Source: an uncultured Candidatus Saccharibacteria bacterium
GTDB taxonomy: Bacteria > Patescibacteriota > Minisyncoccia > Phycocordibacterales > PALSA-1337
Assembly (NCBI GenBank): GCA_964558375.1
Contig: CAZLCD010000003.1
Location: forward strand, 155 to 64,154
DNA length: 64,000 nucleotides
Reading direction: 5' to 3'
Made by a program: the position numbers and the translations under genes. Shown here piece after piece: positions 38,702 to 48,902 of this stretch (position 1 is its first letter; each line of letters opens with the position of its first letter). The notes beneath the pieces were generated by a model. That model saw only the letters and a program-made list of their open reading frames with translations. It was not told where the DNA came from and searched no databases.

Positions 38702-40132
38702 ATGCTTACTGTAATCGGAAATATCAGAATAAATTCCCTCTCACATCTTGAACACTTTAAGAATTCATTAAAATCTTTTGATGGAGCGAGTGATAACTGG
38801 CTAATAAATATCCGTGGAACTTTCCGTGATGAAGCAATTACTTTCCTAAAGAGTGAGTTAGGTAATAAACTAGTACCCTTTAAACTACTGGATGAATCTA
38901 GAGGGTGGATGGTTAATTCCCTTGAAATGCTCAAGGAGGCTAAGTATGACTATGTTTTAGTTTGGAATGAAGATCATCTAAACATTGCATCAGCAAAAGA
39001 TTTGGTTGATGTAGTTTCAGATATGAAAAAGGTAAAAGCTGACTACCTCTGCTATAGTTGGTGGCTTCTGGGAAAGTCTAGAGAAGCTTTTGATAAGTTG
39101 GGAAATAAAATAGGGTTTAAAAAAGAAAAATACATTAGTCACTTAAAACTAGATCAAGATAAGTGGAAAATGATACGAGATACTGGATATCCATATTTCA
39201 TAATATCCATGTGTGGAATTTTTAGAAAAGAATTTCTTCAGTCTATGTGGAAAAAAGACCAAAGAAGATTGCCGTTTTTCTTCAAAAAGATGGTATTCAA
39301 ATTCTTTGGATTGTTCACTAAGCTTAAAATTATGTCTCCTTATGGACACAAGGAGTTGTTTGAGAAGATAAATAGATTTGTATTTAGAAACAAGATTCGT
39401 AAATATCCGACGTATCTTCCTTTTGAAATGGAAAAGGGTCCAGAGAGAGTAGATATGTTACCTCTAAACTTTGCCTTCTCTAACAAAGAAATATTTGCTT
39501 GTATTGACGATAATGTGAATATGGAAGGATACTCATTGAGTGATAGAGGGTTGTATAAAAATTCAAAGAACAATAGACCTATAAAGGAACACCTAGACAC
39601 CATACTTTCAGAGATAAGAACTGTTCTTTCTAAGGTAGATGAAAAACAGGTTGATATGTTTGTTAAGTATATACTTTCTGCAAGAAGAATTGTTGCTTCT
39701 GGGGCGGGAAGAGTTGGAATGGCTGTGAAGGGTTTTGTTATGAGACTAAAGCATATGGGACTTGATGCATATATTCTAGGTGACGCTAACGTTCCCTCGA
39801 TAAAGCCACAAGATCTTTTCTTGGTGTGTTCTGGATCTGGTGAGACTCAGACAATATATGAACTAACTTTAATTGCTCAGAAAAATCAAACACCAATCGC
39901 TCTTGTAACAGGAAATCCTGAATCTCGCATGGGAAAGATTGCTAATACAATAGTTGAGATTAAAGCCCCTTCAAAAGTTAAAAAGGTTGATAACTTTGTA
40001 TCAATACAACCTATGACAACTCTAAACGAACAATCCCTAGCTATATTTTTTGATGCAATAGTTTTGAAGTTGATGGATGAACTGAACGAAACACACGAGA
40101 CTATGTGGGAGAGACATTCTAATTTGGAATAA
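38702..40132 (+). CDS. Fusion: GT-A-like N-terminal domain plus 6-phospho-3-hexuloisomerase-like SIS domain
   Basis: N-part YDYVLVWNEDH; C-part GAGRVG, CSGSGET, VTGNPES, QPMTTLNEQ, RHSNLE (HxlB-type C-terminus). Confidence 0.75.
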   Translation: MLTVIGNIRINSLSHLEHFKNSLKSFDGASDNWLINIRGTFRDEAITFLKSELGNKLVPFKLLDESRGWMVNSLEMLKEAKYDYVLVWNEDHLNIASAKDLVDVVSDMKKVKADYLCYSWWLLGKSREAFDKLGNKIGFKKEKYISHLKLDQDKWKMIRDTGYPYFIISMCGIFRKEFLQSMWKKDQRRLPFFFKKMVFKFFGLFTKLKIMSPYGHKELFEKINRFVFRNKIRKYPTYLPFEMEKGPERVDMLPLNFAFSNKEIFACIDDNVNMEGYSLSDRGLYKNSKNNRPIKEHLDTILSEIRTVLSKVDEKQVDMFVKYILSARRIVASGAGRVGMAVKGFVMRLKHMGLDAYILGDANVPSIKPQDLFLVCSGSGETQTIYELTLIAQKNQTPIALVTGNPESRMGKIANTIVEIKAPSKVKKVDNFVSIQPMTTLNEQSLAIFFDAIVLKLMDELNETHETMWERHSNLE

Positions 40133-40133
40133 T

Positions 40134-40826
40134 ATGAAGAAGAATATAAAAACTAAAAAGAATAATACTTATGGACTAGCTGCATCTCTAGTATGTGCAG
40201 ATATGTTGAATATAAGAGGAGAGATAGAGAAACTTGAAAGAGGTGGAGTAGAATATATCCACTTTGACGTAATGGATAATCAATTTGTACCAAGATTCGG
40301 ACTTCATCCAGAAATTCTTCAATCAATAAAGAAAATAACTAAGATTCCTGTAGATGTTCATCTAATGGTTGATGATCCAGAGAATGCAATAAAGGTATTT
40401 GCAGACGCTGGAGCAGATATTATAGTAGTTCATGAAGAATCAACAGCTCAACTTCATAGACTAATAAAACTAATAAAAGCTACTGGAAAGAAAGCTGGAG
40501 TTGCTCTAAATCCTGCTACAAGCCTATCAACCCTAGACTATATTCTAAACGATATAGATCTTGTAATGCTAATGGCTATTAATCCTGGAATACTAGGTCA
40601 TAAATTGATTCCTGAAATGATGGACAAGATATCTGCGTTAAAGCTTAAACTTAGAAATTATCCCAATATGATAATAGAAATTGATGGAGGGGTAACACCT
40701 GAAAGTGCTAAAGAAATGGTTAAAAGAGGAGCAAATCTGCTAGTTTGTGGTACTTCAACTATATTTAAACCAGAGGGTGATGTTGATGTAAAGATAAAGG
40801 AATTGAAGAAAATTCTTGATAAATAG
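40134..40826 (+). CDS. Ribulose-phosphate 3-epimerase family (possibly AlsE-like)
   Basis: HFDVMD..FVP, DVHLMV, GVALNPAT, INPG, EIDGGV. Confidence 0.9.
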   Translation: MKKNIKTKKNNTYGLAASLVCADMLNIRGEIEKLERGGVEYIHFDVMDNQFVPRFGLHPEILQSIKKITKIPVDVHLMVDDPENAIKVFADAGADIIVVHEESTAQLHRLIKLIKATGKKAGVALNPATSLSTLDYILNDIDLVMLMAINPGILGHKLIPEMMDKISALKLKLRNYPNMIIEIDGGVTPESAKEMVKRGANLLVCGTSTIFKPEGDVDVKIKELKKILDK

Positions 40827-40850
40827 CAATAGAAAGAGTAATGTAAACAC

Positions 40851-42056
40851 ATGAAAGTCTTAATCCCGATAGATGAGACAAAGTTCCATTTCGGTGAACT
40901 AACTAAACATACAAACCCTGGTCTAATTCGTGTTGGAAAGAAGCCAATAATTTCATATATTATAGAATCATATCCAAAAGATACTGAGTTCATTTTAGCC
41001 CTAGACTACAAAAAAGATCATATAAAAGATTTCCTAACTCTCGTATATCCTAAACAAAGTTTCAAGATAATCTCGCTATCAGAAATAGATTCTTTTTCAA
41101 AAGAACCTTTTCTATATCATCCAACAAACTTAATTAGAGATATTAAAGCTCTACATAAAGCACGTAAGAATACTTATGATAAGTTTGATAATCTTGATAA
41201 GGTAGATGAGTCACTCTTCTTCTTTGAAGATTTCGCTATAAAATTCTTTGCGGATGGTAGAAAAATAAAGAGTCGTGTGCAGAGAGGGAAGATGTTGGGG
41301 AATCTGGTGCCAAAAACTCTACAGGTAAAAAATAATTTCTATAAATACGCATATATAAAAGGAGATACATATTCTGATGTAGCTACTCCACATAATTTCT
41401 CACAATTCCTGCACTGGGCAAAGGTAAAACTATGGAAGCCGAAGAAACACCTTTCAGAAAAAGAATTCAATAGTGTCTGTTTTGATTTCTATCAAACAAA
41501 GACAAAGGAAAGAATTGCTAAGTTTCTAGATTCTCATAATATTTCAGATTCAGAAATGATAATAAATGGAGAGAAGATTCCATCTATTGAAACTCTGCTA
41601 TCTCAAATTGATTTTGGTCATATTTCATCAGGAATCCAGACACAATTTCATGGAGATCTGATTCTTGAAAACATTCTTCTAGATAAGAAAGAATATACAC
41701 TTCTAGATTGGAGACAAGATTTTGGAGGAGTATTGCATGCTGGAGATATGTACTACGATCTAGCTAAACTTTATCATAATCTAGTTGTTAACCATGACAT
41801 AATAAGTAAGGATAGGTTTGTTATAGACGTTAAGAAGAACAGAGTTATATGTTCAATAGAAAGAAAACCTCATCTCGTTGTATGTGAGAAAACTTTTGAA
41901 GAATTTGTAATATCTCAGAAACTAGACTTAAGAAAGATAAAAATACTAAGAGCTATAATATGGCTAAATATGTCTCCATTACACCATCATCCATTCAGTC
42001 TTTTTCTTTACTACTTCGGGAAGTATAATCTTTGGAAAGCCGTTAATGAAAAATAA
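40851..42056 (+). CDS. Phosphotransferase with degenerate N-terminal nucleotidyltransferase-like segment
   Basis: FHGDLILEN, LLDWRQDF, GDMYYDLAKL; first ~70 aa resemble the 42580 protein. Confidence 0.78.
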   Translation: MKVLIPIDETKFHFGELTKHTNPGLIRVGKKPIISYIIESYPKDTEFILALDYKKDHIKDFLTLVYPKQSFKIISLSEIDSFSKEPFLYHPTNLIRDIKALHKARKNTYDKFDNLDKVDESLFFFEDFAIKFFADGRKIKSRVQRGKMLGNLVPKTLQVKNNFYKYAYIKGDTYSDVATPHNFSQFLHWAKVKLWKPKKHLSEKEFNSVCFDFYQTKTKERIAKFLDSHNISDSEMIINGEKIPSIETLLSQIDFGHISSGIQTQFHGDLILENILLDKKEYTLLDWRQDFGGVLHAGDMYYDLAKLYHNLVVNHDIISKDRFVIDVKKNRVICSIERKPHLVVCEKTFEEFVISQKLDLRKIKILRAIIWLNMSPLHHHPFSLFLYYFGKYNLWKAVNEK

Positions 42057-42578
42057 ATGAAAAAAAAGATAATAAAAAACTTAATATTAGATGTTGACGG
42101 AGTCTTCACTGATGGTCAGTTTCACTATACCACAGAAGGCAAGACTGCAAAGATATTTGGTCCAGATGATAACGATGGTCTAGCTCTAATAAGACCATAT
42201 CTTAATATAGTTGCTGTAACAGGTGACAAGAAGGGGTTTGAGATCACAAAGAAGAGAATTGATGATATGAAAATTCCTCTTTTTCAAGTCAGTACTTTTG
42301 AAAGAATACATTGGATAAAGTCACAAGGATACAATCTTTCAGAAACTGTATACATGGGAGATGGAATATTTGATGCTATGGTTTTTGATAAGGTTGGATA
42401 CAGTATTGCTCCAGCAAATGCATTCCCAGCAATAAAGAAATACGCTGATCATGTTACGAAACTTAGTGGAGGACATGGGGCTGTTGCTGAAGCTTGTCTG
42501 CATCTTCTAGAAAAGTTCTTTAAGAAAGTAGATATGCTTAATTTGAAAATACAGGAAGGAGAGTGGGGAAATAAATAA
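42057..42578 (+). CDS. KdsC/YrbI-like HAD phosphatase
   Basis: LDVDGVFTDG, YMGDGIFD, APANA, GGHGAVAE. Confidence 0.88.
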   Translation: MKKKIIKNLILDVDGVFTDGQFHYTTEGKTAKIFGPDDNDGLALIRPYLNIVAVTGDKKGFEITKKRIDDMKIPLFQVSTFERIHWIKSQGYNLSETVYMGDGIFDAMVFDKVGYSIAPANAFPAIKKYADHVTKLSGGHGAVAEACLHLLEKFFKKVDMLNLKIQEGEWGNK

Positions 42579-42579
42579 T

Positions 42580-43302
42580 ATGAAATATAAAGTACTCATC
42601 ACTACATCAGGTACAGGTTCACGTTTGGGAGAACTGACAAAGAATACAAATAAGGCTATGGTTTTAATTAATGGAAGACCAACCATTAAATATATCTTTG
42701 ATTCATATACAAAAGATACTACTTTCGTAATAACTCTAGGATTTCTAGGTGATCAAGTTAAGGATTTTCTTCTAAAGAGATATCCAGAATATAACTTTGA
42801 ATTTGCTGTTGTAGATAAGTATATAGGAGATGGAAGTAGTCTTCTATACTCAATGCTATGTGCTAAAGACTATCTACAATGTGCATTTATCTTCCATGCA
42901 TGTGACACTATCGTTACAGAAAAGATTCCAGAACCAATAGAGGATTGGGTAATTGGGTATGTCATAGATCCTGCAACAACTACGATGGATGTAAAACAAT
43001 ATCGAAGTCATGATGTTAAGGATGGGTATCTAGCTAAGGTTAATGACAAGGGGGTAATGAAGTTCAATTCAATTCATATTGGTATGACTGGAATATATAG
43101 CTACCAAACTTTTTGGAAAGTCGTAGAAGAGATGTATAAAAATGATCCAACGAATCAGGCTCTAGGAGATGTTCCTGTTATAGAAAAACTTATGGATTTA
43201 GGAGTAAGGTTTAAATGGATTCCTTTTAAAAATTGGCTTGATACTGGTAACCCCCAAGCACTTAAGGAGACTGAACAATTTATTATAAAAAGTAGTTTAT
43301 AA
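42580..43302 (+). CDS. Sugar-phosphate nucleotidyltransferase
   Basis: TTSGTGSRLGELT..TNK, HACD, WLDTGN. Confidence 0.87.
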   Translation: MKYKVLITTSGTGSRLGELTKNTNKAMVLINGRPTIKYIFDSYTKDTTFVITLGFLGDQVKDFLLKRYPEYNFEFAVVDKYIGDGSSLLYSMLCAKDYLQCAFIFHACDTIVTEKIPEPIEDWVIGYVIDPATTTMDVKQYRSHDVKDGYLAKVNDKGVMKFNSIHIGMTGIYSYQTFWKVVEEMYKNDPTNQALGDVPVIEKLMDLGVRFKWIPFKNWLDTGNPQALKETEQFIIKSSL

Positions 43303-43312
43303 TAACTCATGT

Positions 43313-44200
43313 ATGACATACAAATCTCTAAAGACTAGAATAAAGGATATAACTAGAAAATATGCTCCATTGATATATCCTTTTGTATATAAAGCGTCTC
43401 TAAGATTTTCTAATTCTAAAATTGAGAAAAGTAGGATAGAGAAATACTCACGATTTGTAAGACCTGGATTCTATCCATTCGAACTTGGGAAAATTAAATT
43501 CGATATGAAGCTCGATCCAGCTAATGGGGGAGTTGATATGGATATCTTTGCTGATAAATACTATGAATCAAAGATACTTGAGTTAGTAGGTTCTCTTTTG
43601 AAAAAGGAAGATACTTTCATAGATATTGGAGCTAATATTGGTCAACATTCTATGTATGCTTCATATTTCTGTAAACATGTATATAGTTTTGAACCAGTAA
43701 AGAAACTTTTCAATCAGTTTAATGAATCAATCTCGAAGAATGTAATTTTAAATATATCTACATATAACTACGCTTTAGGAAATGAGAAAAAGAGAATGCC
43801 AATATATTCAAATGGAGTCAGTATGGCAGCTTCTTCTATAAATACAGTTAAGAACAAGAAGTATATACAAGATATACAAATATTAAGATTTGATGATGTA
43901 TATGAAAAAATGAATATTGGAAAAGCTGAATTAATTAAAATAGATGTGGAAGGGTATGAGTTAGAAGTCCTTTTGGGGGCAAAGGAGTATATCAATAAAT
44001 ATAAACCAAAGATTCTTCTAGAATTCAGTCCATATTTCTATAGAAGAATAGATGCAACAATATCAGACAAGATTATTTCTTTCCTCGTCGACTCTAAATA
44101 TAAAGTATATGACTTAGGAGAATATAATGATAAGAGAATTCCCATATTTAAATTAAAGGATATAAGTAATACAGATCAGGTTAATCTTTTGTGTGAATAA
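43313..44200 (+). CDS. FkbM-family methyltransferase
   Basis: FIDIGANIG, SFEP, IKIDVEGYELEVL.G. Confidence 0.92.
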   Translation: MTYKSLKTRIKDITRKYAPLIYPFVYKASLRFSNSKIEKSRIEKYSRFVRPGFYPFELGKIKFDMKLDPANGGVDMDIFADKYYESKILELVGSLLKKEDTFIDIGANIGQHSMYASYFCKHVYSFEPVKKLFNQFNESISKNVILNISTYNYALGNEKKRMPIYSNGVSMAASSINTVKNKKYIQDIQILRFDDVYEKMNIGKAELIKIDVEGYELEVLLGAKEYINKYKPKILLEFSPYFYRRIDATISDKIISFLVDSKYKVYDLGEYNDKRIPIFKLKDISNTDQVNLLCE

Positions 44201-44263
44201 TAAACGGCACTTTTAGATATAAGTCAATATATCGTTATCTGTATAAATAAGTACAATTACTTC

Positions 44264-45415
44264 ATGAAAATATTTAATGATTATATCGAAAGAAAAAAGA
44301 GTATTATCACTAACAAAGAAGGTTTGGAACATCTATATACATTCAAAAACTTCCCAATTTTTTTTGGTTGCGTAGACTCCCCACAAGATGAGGATTTGTT
44401 TGCTAATATGGAATGGGCTATTGATAAGGAGACGGGAGTAATACAACTTACTAAACTAATACCTCTGGATATTTTGTACCAGGCTCAACATGTTGATGGA
44501 TATGGACCAACTTGGCAACAGTATTATAAAGATCTCGCTGATTATATAGTTAAATATAATCCAGAATTAGTTCTAGAAATAGGTGGTGGACAAGGTCAAT
44601 TAGCTACATTTGTTACAGATAAATTAAAAAATTTAAATTGGACTATAGTTGAACCAAACTCTTGGCATGAGGGAAATGACAGAATTAAGACAGTTTCTGC
44701 TTTTTTTGATAAAAACTTTTTGTACGATAAAAAAGTAGACGCTGTTGTTTTTTCACAAGTACTTGAACATGCTTTTGATCCTAATGAATTTATCTCCGCT
44801 ATCTCTAAGTTTCTAAAACCAGGAGGAAAACTTATATTTGCTTACCCACAACTTGAGGTGTGGCTTAAAAATAAATTTACTAATGCTTTGAATTTTGAAC
44901 ATACAATGTTCCTAACCGATTATTTTGTAGATTTTATCCTAGAATCTAATTCATTTAAAATTTTAGATAAATATACTTACAAAACACACAGTCATTTTTA
45001 TGTAGCTGAACGTCTAGGTGTAGATACTCCAGCTGTTAATCTTGCTAAACTTGATAATAAATATGAATCATACAAAGAGATATTTAATGATTTTATTAAA
45101 TATCATCAAGATATGGTTGATGATATCAATAAAAAAATTGAAAATGCAAAAGACCCAGTGTATTTATTCGGTGCTCATATATTCTCAGAATACCTACTTG
45201 CTTTCGGTCTTAATGATAAAAAGATAGTTTCTATACTAGATAATAGTCCCACTAAGAATAAAAAAAGATTATATGGAACTAGATTTGTTATAGAATCACC
45301 AAAGATTCTAGAAGGTAAGGGTAAGGTTAATCTAATACTGAAAGCTGGAATATATAATGAAGAGATCAAGAAAGACATATTACAAAATATTAACAGTGAA
45401 GTGGAATTTTGGTAA
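44264..45415 (+). CDS. SAM-dependent methyltransferase (sugar C-methyltransferase-like)
   Basis: VLEIGGGQG, QVLEH, FEH, C-terminal YLFGA..ILDNSP.K. Confidence 0.8.
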   Translation: MKIFNDYIERKKSIITNKEGLEHLYTFKNFPIFFGCVDSPQDEDLFANMEWAIDKETGVIQLTKLIPLDILYQAQHVDGYGPTWQQYYKDLADYIVKYNPELVLEIGGGQGQLATFVTDKLKNLNWTIVEPNSWHEGNDRIKTVSAFFDKNFLYDKKVDAVVFSQVLEHAFDPNEFISAISKFLKPGGKLIFAYPQLEVWLKNKFTNALNFEHTMFLTDYFVDFILESNSFKILDKYTYKTHSHFYVAERLGVDTPAVNLAKLDNKYESYKEIFNDFIKYHQDMVDDINKKIENAKDPVYLFGAHIFSEYLLAFGLNDKKIVSILDNSPTKNKKRLYGTRFVIESPKILEGKGKVNLILKAGIYNEEIKKDILQNINSEVEFW

Positions 45416-45424
45416 TAAAGTAAG

Positions 45425-46282
45425 ATGAACAAGCCAACTATATCGATCTGTACACTGATAAGAAGCGAAGCTCATCAAATGGAGAGTTTTCTCCTTGACC
45501 TTAAGGGCTTTGCTGATGAGGTAATTTTTGTTGACTCTGGCACTTCAACTGATGCAACAATTCCAATAATTAAAAAACATATTGATACGGGGGAGAATCA
45601 TATAAAACACCATAGCTTCATTGAGGAAGGTAAACCTCACTTCGGAAAAATAAGAAACTTTTGTTTGGAAAAGGCAACTATGGACTATGTAATTTTCCTC
45701 GATGCTGATGAGAGATTGAGTGAGGATTTCAAGAATGATATAAGAAAATATTTAAAGGAAAAGAATCCAAATGTAGTAAAGATCATAAGAATAGATGATT
45801 TGGTAACTAATCTTGTTGAGAATATAGATAGAATAATAAAGAATGATAAAAATATTTGGTATGGTACTGATGAAGGATCTAGAGCTCATGAGTATCCAAT
45901 ACATTCAGATAAATCAGAGATATTTCCGGAACCAATATGGCATAGTCAGAAAGAAGGACATTGGCTGCACTCTCCGCAGAGAATTCTTCACTGTATAGAT
46001 CTAGAAATATATCGTACTCCTAAAACAAAGACCTTCTTCGGACATTTACTACGAGGCTTGTGGCTGTTTCAATTCAAGTTTAAAAAAGTATATTTTCAAC
46101 AGAATGTACGTAAGAATGGCAGAGTTGGTTTAAAATATGCATTTATGAGAGCCCTTCAGGTGTTTATCATTCAATTGTTCGTAGGTCTTAAGCCTGGAGG
46201 GAAATATAAGTATTGGGAGAATCCAAATTATGAAAAGAATATGAAGTCAGCTTTAGATGAGCTTCATTTTAAAAACAAATAA
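45425..46282 (+). CDS. Glycosyltransferase family 2
   Basis: DEVIFVDSG.STD.T, RNF, FLDADE. Confidence 0.9.
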   Translation: MNKPTISICTLIRSEAHQMESFLLDLKGFADEVIFVDSGTSTDATIPIIKKHIDTGENHIKHHSFIEEGKPHFGKIRNFCLEKATMDYVIFLDADERLSEDFKNDIRKYLKEKNPNVVKIIRIDDLVTNLVENIDRIIKNDKNIWYGTDEGSRAHEYPIHSDKSEIFPEPIWHSQKEGHWLHSPQRILHCIDLEIYRTPKTKTFFGHLLRGLWLFQFKFKKVYFQQNVRKNGRVGLKYAFMRALQVFIIQLFVGLKPGGKYKYWENPNYEKNMKSALDELHFKNK

Positions 46283-46286
46283 ATTT

Positions 46287-46931
46287 ATGTATATATTTCA
46301 ACCAGAACGCATCATTCTTCGAGAGCAGGTAATAAAACACTCCAGCTATATCACTGGAAAAACTCTAGATGTTGGGGCTGGTGAAGGGGGAAGATACAAA
46401 GGATTGTTTCCATGTACTGAATATATAACTATGGATGTAGATAAGAATGCTGGAGTTGATATTGTGGGAAGAGCAGAGAAAATACCCCTAGCTGACGCTA
46501 GTGTTGATTCTATAGTTTGTACTCAGGTTATGGAACATCTCAATTTACCTTTCGACGCAGTTAAAGAGTTTTATCGTATATTAAAACCTGGAGGTCATAT
46601 ACTCGTAACTGCTCCTCAGATGAATGAATTACATGAAGAACCTAATGATTTCTTTCGATATACAAAATTTGGACTATTGAGTATGTTTGAAAAGGTTGGT
46701 TTCAATACAATCAAATATGAACAGAGAGGTGGTTTTTTTACCACTAGAGCCCAGATTCTAATACGTTATCTGATTGATCGTCTAAGATTATATAAGAGAC
46801 CAATTTTAGGTAAAATATTAGGTAAGTTTATTCTTGTGTATGGTAAGTTTATGATGTGGCTTGATACTCTAGACAAGAGTGAAGCTAACAGAAAAAATAC
46901 ACTAGGTTGGTGTTTTGTATTTTCTAAATAA
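46287..46931 (+). CDS. Class I SAM-dependent methyltransferase
   Basis: LDVGAG, CTQVMEH, RILKPGG, HEEPNDFFRYT. Confidence 0.9.
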   Translation: MYIFQPERIILREQVIKHSSYITGKTLDVGAGEGGRYKGLFPCTEYITMDVDKNAGVDIVGRAEKIPLADASVDSIVCTQVMEHLNLPFDAVKEFYRILKPGGHILVTAPQMNELHEEPNDFFRYTKFGLLSMFEKVGFNTIKYEQRGGFFTTRAQILIRYLIDRLRLYKRPILGKILGKFILVYGKFMMWLDTLDKSEANRKNTLGWCFVFSK

Positions 46932-46939
46932 TTTTATAT

Positions 46940-47653
46940 ATGATCAATAAAAAAGAACTAGCAGGGATATTGTCAGGAATAGAGGGCTTCTTAACTCTAG
47001 AGGAAGGAAAATTACTTTTTGATTTGGCTAAAAATACCAAAACAGATTCAATAGTTGAAATAGGTTCTTGGAAGGGAAAGTCTACTGTATGTTTAGGGTT
47101 AGGATCAAAAGAAGGATCTGGAATAAAAATATATGCAATAGATCCACATACAGGAAGTCTGGAGCATCAAAATGAATTTAAGGGAAATGTTTGGACATTT
47201 GATATTTTTAAAGAAAATGTTAGAAGGTCAGGTATTGAAGATATGATAGTGCCTATAGTCAAACCTTCTGGAGAAGCTGTGAAGGATTTCAATCAAGAAG
47301 TATCTCTTATATTTATTGATGGAGCTCATGAGTACGATGCCGTAAAAAAAGATTTTGAAGATTGGATTTCAAAGATTGTTGATGGAGGTGTTGTTGCCTT
47401 CCATGATACTATTGGTTGGGCTGGTCCACGTAAGGTTGTAGAAGAGTATCTTTATAAATCTAATAACTTTATAAATATAGGATTCGTAGATTCCATTACT
47501 TACGGAACTAAGGTGTCTAATAATAACCTATTAGATAGGATTAAAAATAGATATATTTTATGTCTAAGAGATTTTTCGGAATATGTTCGTCCTCTACCAA
47601 TACCTAAAGTTATTAAAAAAACAGGAAAGAAGATATTAAATATATTCACATAA
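46940..47653 (+). CDS. SAM-dependent methyltransferase (Methyltransf_24-like)
   Basis: VEIGSWKGKST, IFIDGAHEY, GGVVAFHD. Confidence 0.88.
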   Translation: MINKKELAGILSGIEGFLTLEEGKLLFDLAKNTKTDSIVEIGSWKGKSTVCLGLGSKEGSGIKIYAIDPHTGSLEHQNEFKGNVWTFDIFKENVRRSGIEDMIVPIVKPSGEAVKDFNQEVSLIFIDGAHEYDAVKKDFEDWISKIVDGGVVAFHDTIGWAGPRKVVEEYLYKSNNFINIGFVDSITYGTKVSNNNLLDRIKNRYILCLRDFSEYVRPLPIPKVIKKTGKKILNIFT

Positions 47654-47657
47654 ATAT

Positions 47658-48902
47658 ATGAAGATCTTATTCCTATCAGATGATTTTCCTCCCAAAAGTT
47701 TTGGAGGTGCAGGTATTATAACCTTCAATCTTGCCAAAGGCCTTCTGGATGCTGGGCATAAGATGTATGCAATAACTACAACTCAGGATAGAAAGGAAGA
47801 GGGTTGGAGTAATGTTGAGGGTATAGAGGTATATAACTTGTACGTTGATTATGATGGTAGATTCGCTGCGTATGTTAGTCTATGTAATCCTAAGGTTATA
47901 TTAAAGGTAAAAAAACTAATAAAGGATATAAATCCAGAAGTAATTCATGCGCATAATATCCATCACTATCTTTCATACTACACCCTTGCTGTAGCTCGAT
48001 CATTCACTTCAAAAGTGTTCCTTACAACCCATGATGCTATGTCATTTAACTATGGTAAATTGGTGAATTTTTATGATAGAAAAAATCTTGAAGTTCAAAA
48101 AGATTTCTCATATAAAGTTGGGTTTTTACAAAACCTACGTACAGCCAAGAAAAGATACAATCCAATTCGTAATATAGCTATACGTTGGTATTTAAATACT
48201 TTTCCAAAGAAGATATTCGCTATATCTCACGAACTAAAGAAAGCGTTGAATCAAAATGGAATTAAAAATGTAGAAACAATACACTATGGTATTGAATCTA
48301 GAGACTGGAATGTATCAGAAGAAGAGAAGAAAACATTCAGTACAAAACTTGGACTAGATACCAAGAAAATTGTGTTTTTTGGTGGAAGACTAAGTGAATT
48401 TAAAGGAGGAAAGATTATGATAGATACAATGAAAGAGTTGTCTGAGAAGGATAGAGATATTGTTCTACTTATTGCAGGTACTCTAAATGACTATTCAAAA
48501 TACTTATTAAACTATGCTGAAGAAATCGGAGTGATGAACAATATATTTTTTACTGGTTGGTTGTCGAGAGATGATATGAAAAAAGCATACGCAGTATGTG
48601 ATGTCTGTGTTACTCCATCAATATATTTTGATGCTTTTAATCTTTTTAATATAGAAGCCGGGTCGGCATCTAAACCAGTTGTTGGTACATGTTTTGGTGG
48701 TACTCCTGAAATTGTAATCGATAAAGTTACAGGACTTATTGTTAACCCTAATAATATAGAGATATTAAGTAATGCTATATATACTATAGTTGAAGATAAA
48801 GAATATACTACGAAACTAGGAAAGGCAGGGAATGAGAGGGTTAAAGAATACTTTACTATGGATAGGTATGTTATAGAGACCCTGTCTTGGTATCAGAAAT
48901 AG
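47658..48902 (+). CDS. Glycosyltransferase family 4
   Basis: FPPKSFGGA, GRLSEFKG, DAFNLFNIEAG...KPVVG. Confidence 0.9.
   Translation: MKILFLSDDFPPKSFGGAGIITFNLAKGLLDAGHKMYAITTTQDRKEEGWSNVEGIEVYNLYVDYDGRFAAYVSLCNPKVILKVKKLIKDINPEVIHAHNIHHYLSYYTLAVARSFTSKVFLTTHDAMSFNYGKLVNFYDRKNLEVQKDFSYKVGFLQNLRTAKKRYNPIRNIAIRWYLNTFPKKIFAISHELKKALNQNGIKNVETIHYGIESRDWNVSEEEKKTFSTKLGLDTKKIVFFGGRLSEFKGGKIMIDTMKELSEKDRDIVLLIAGTLNDYSKYLLNYAEEIGVMNNIFFTGWLSRDDMKKAYAVCDVCVTPSIYFDAFNLFNIEAGSASKPVVGTCFGGTPEIVIDKVTGLIVNPNNIEILSNAIYTIVEDKEYTTKLGKAGNERVKEYFTMDRYVIETLSWYQK

Noticed and set aside
38702-42578. RuMP formaldehyde fixation or Kdo/LPS synthesis
   Set aside because: No hxlA, kdsA or kdsB; the genes are embedded among glycosyl- and methyltransferases.
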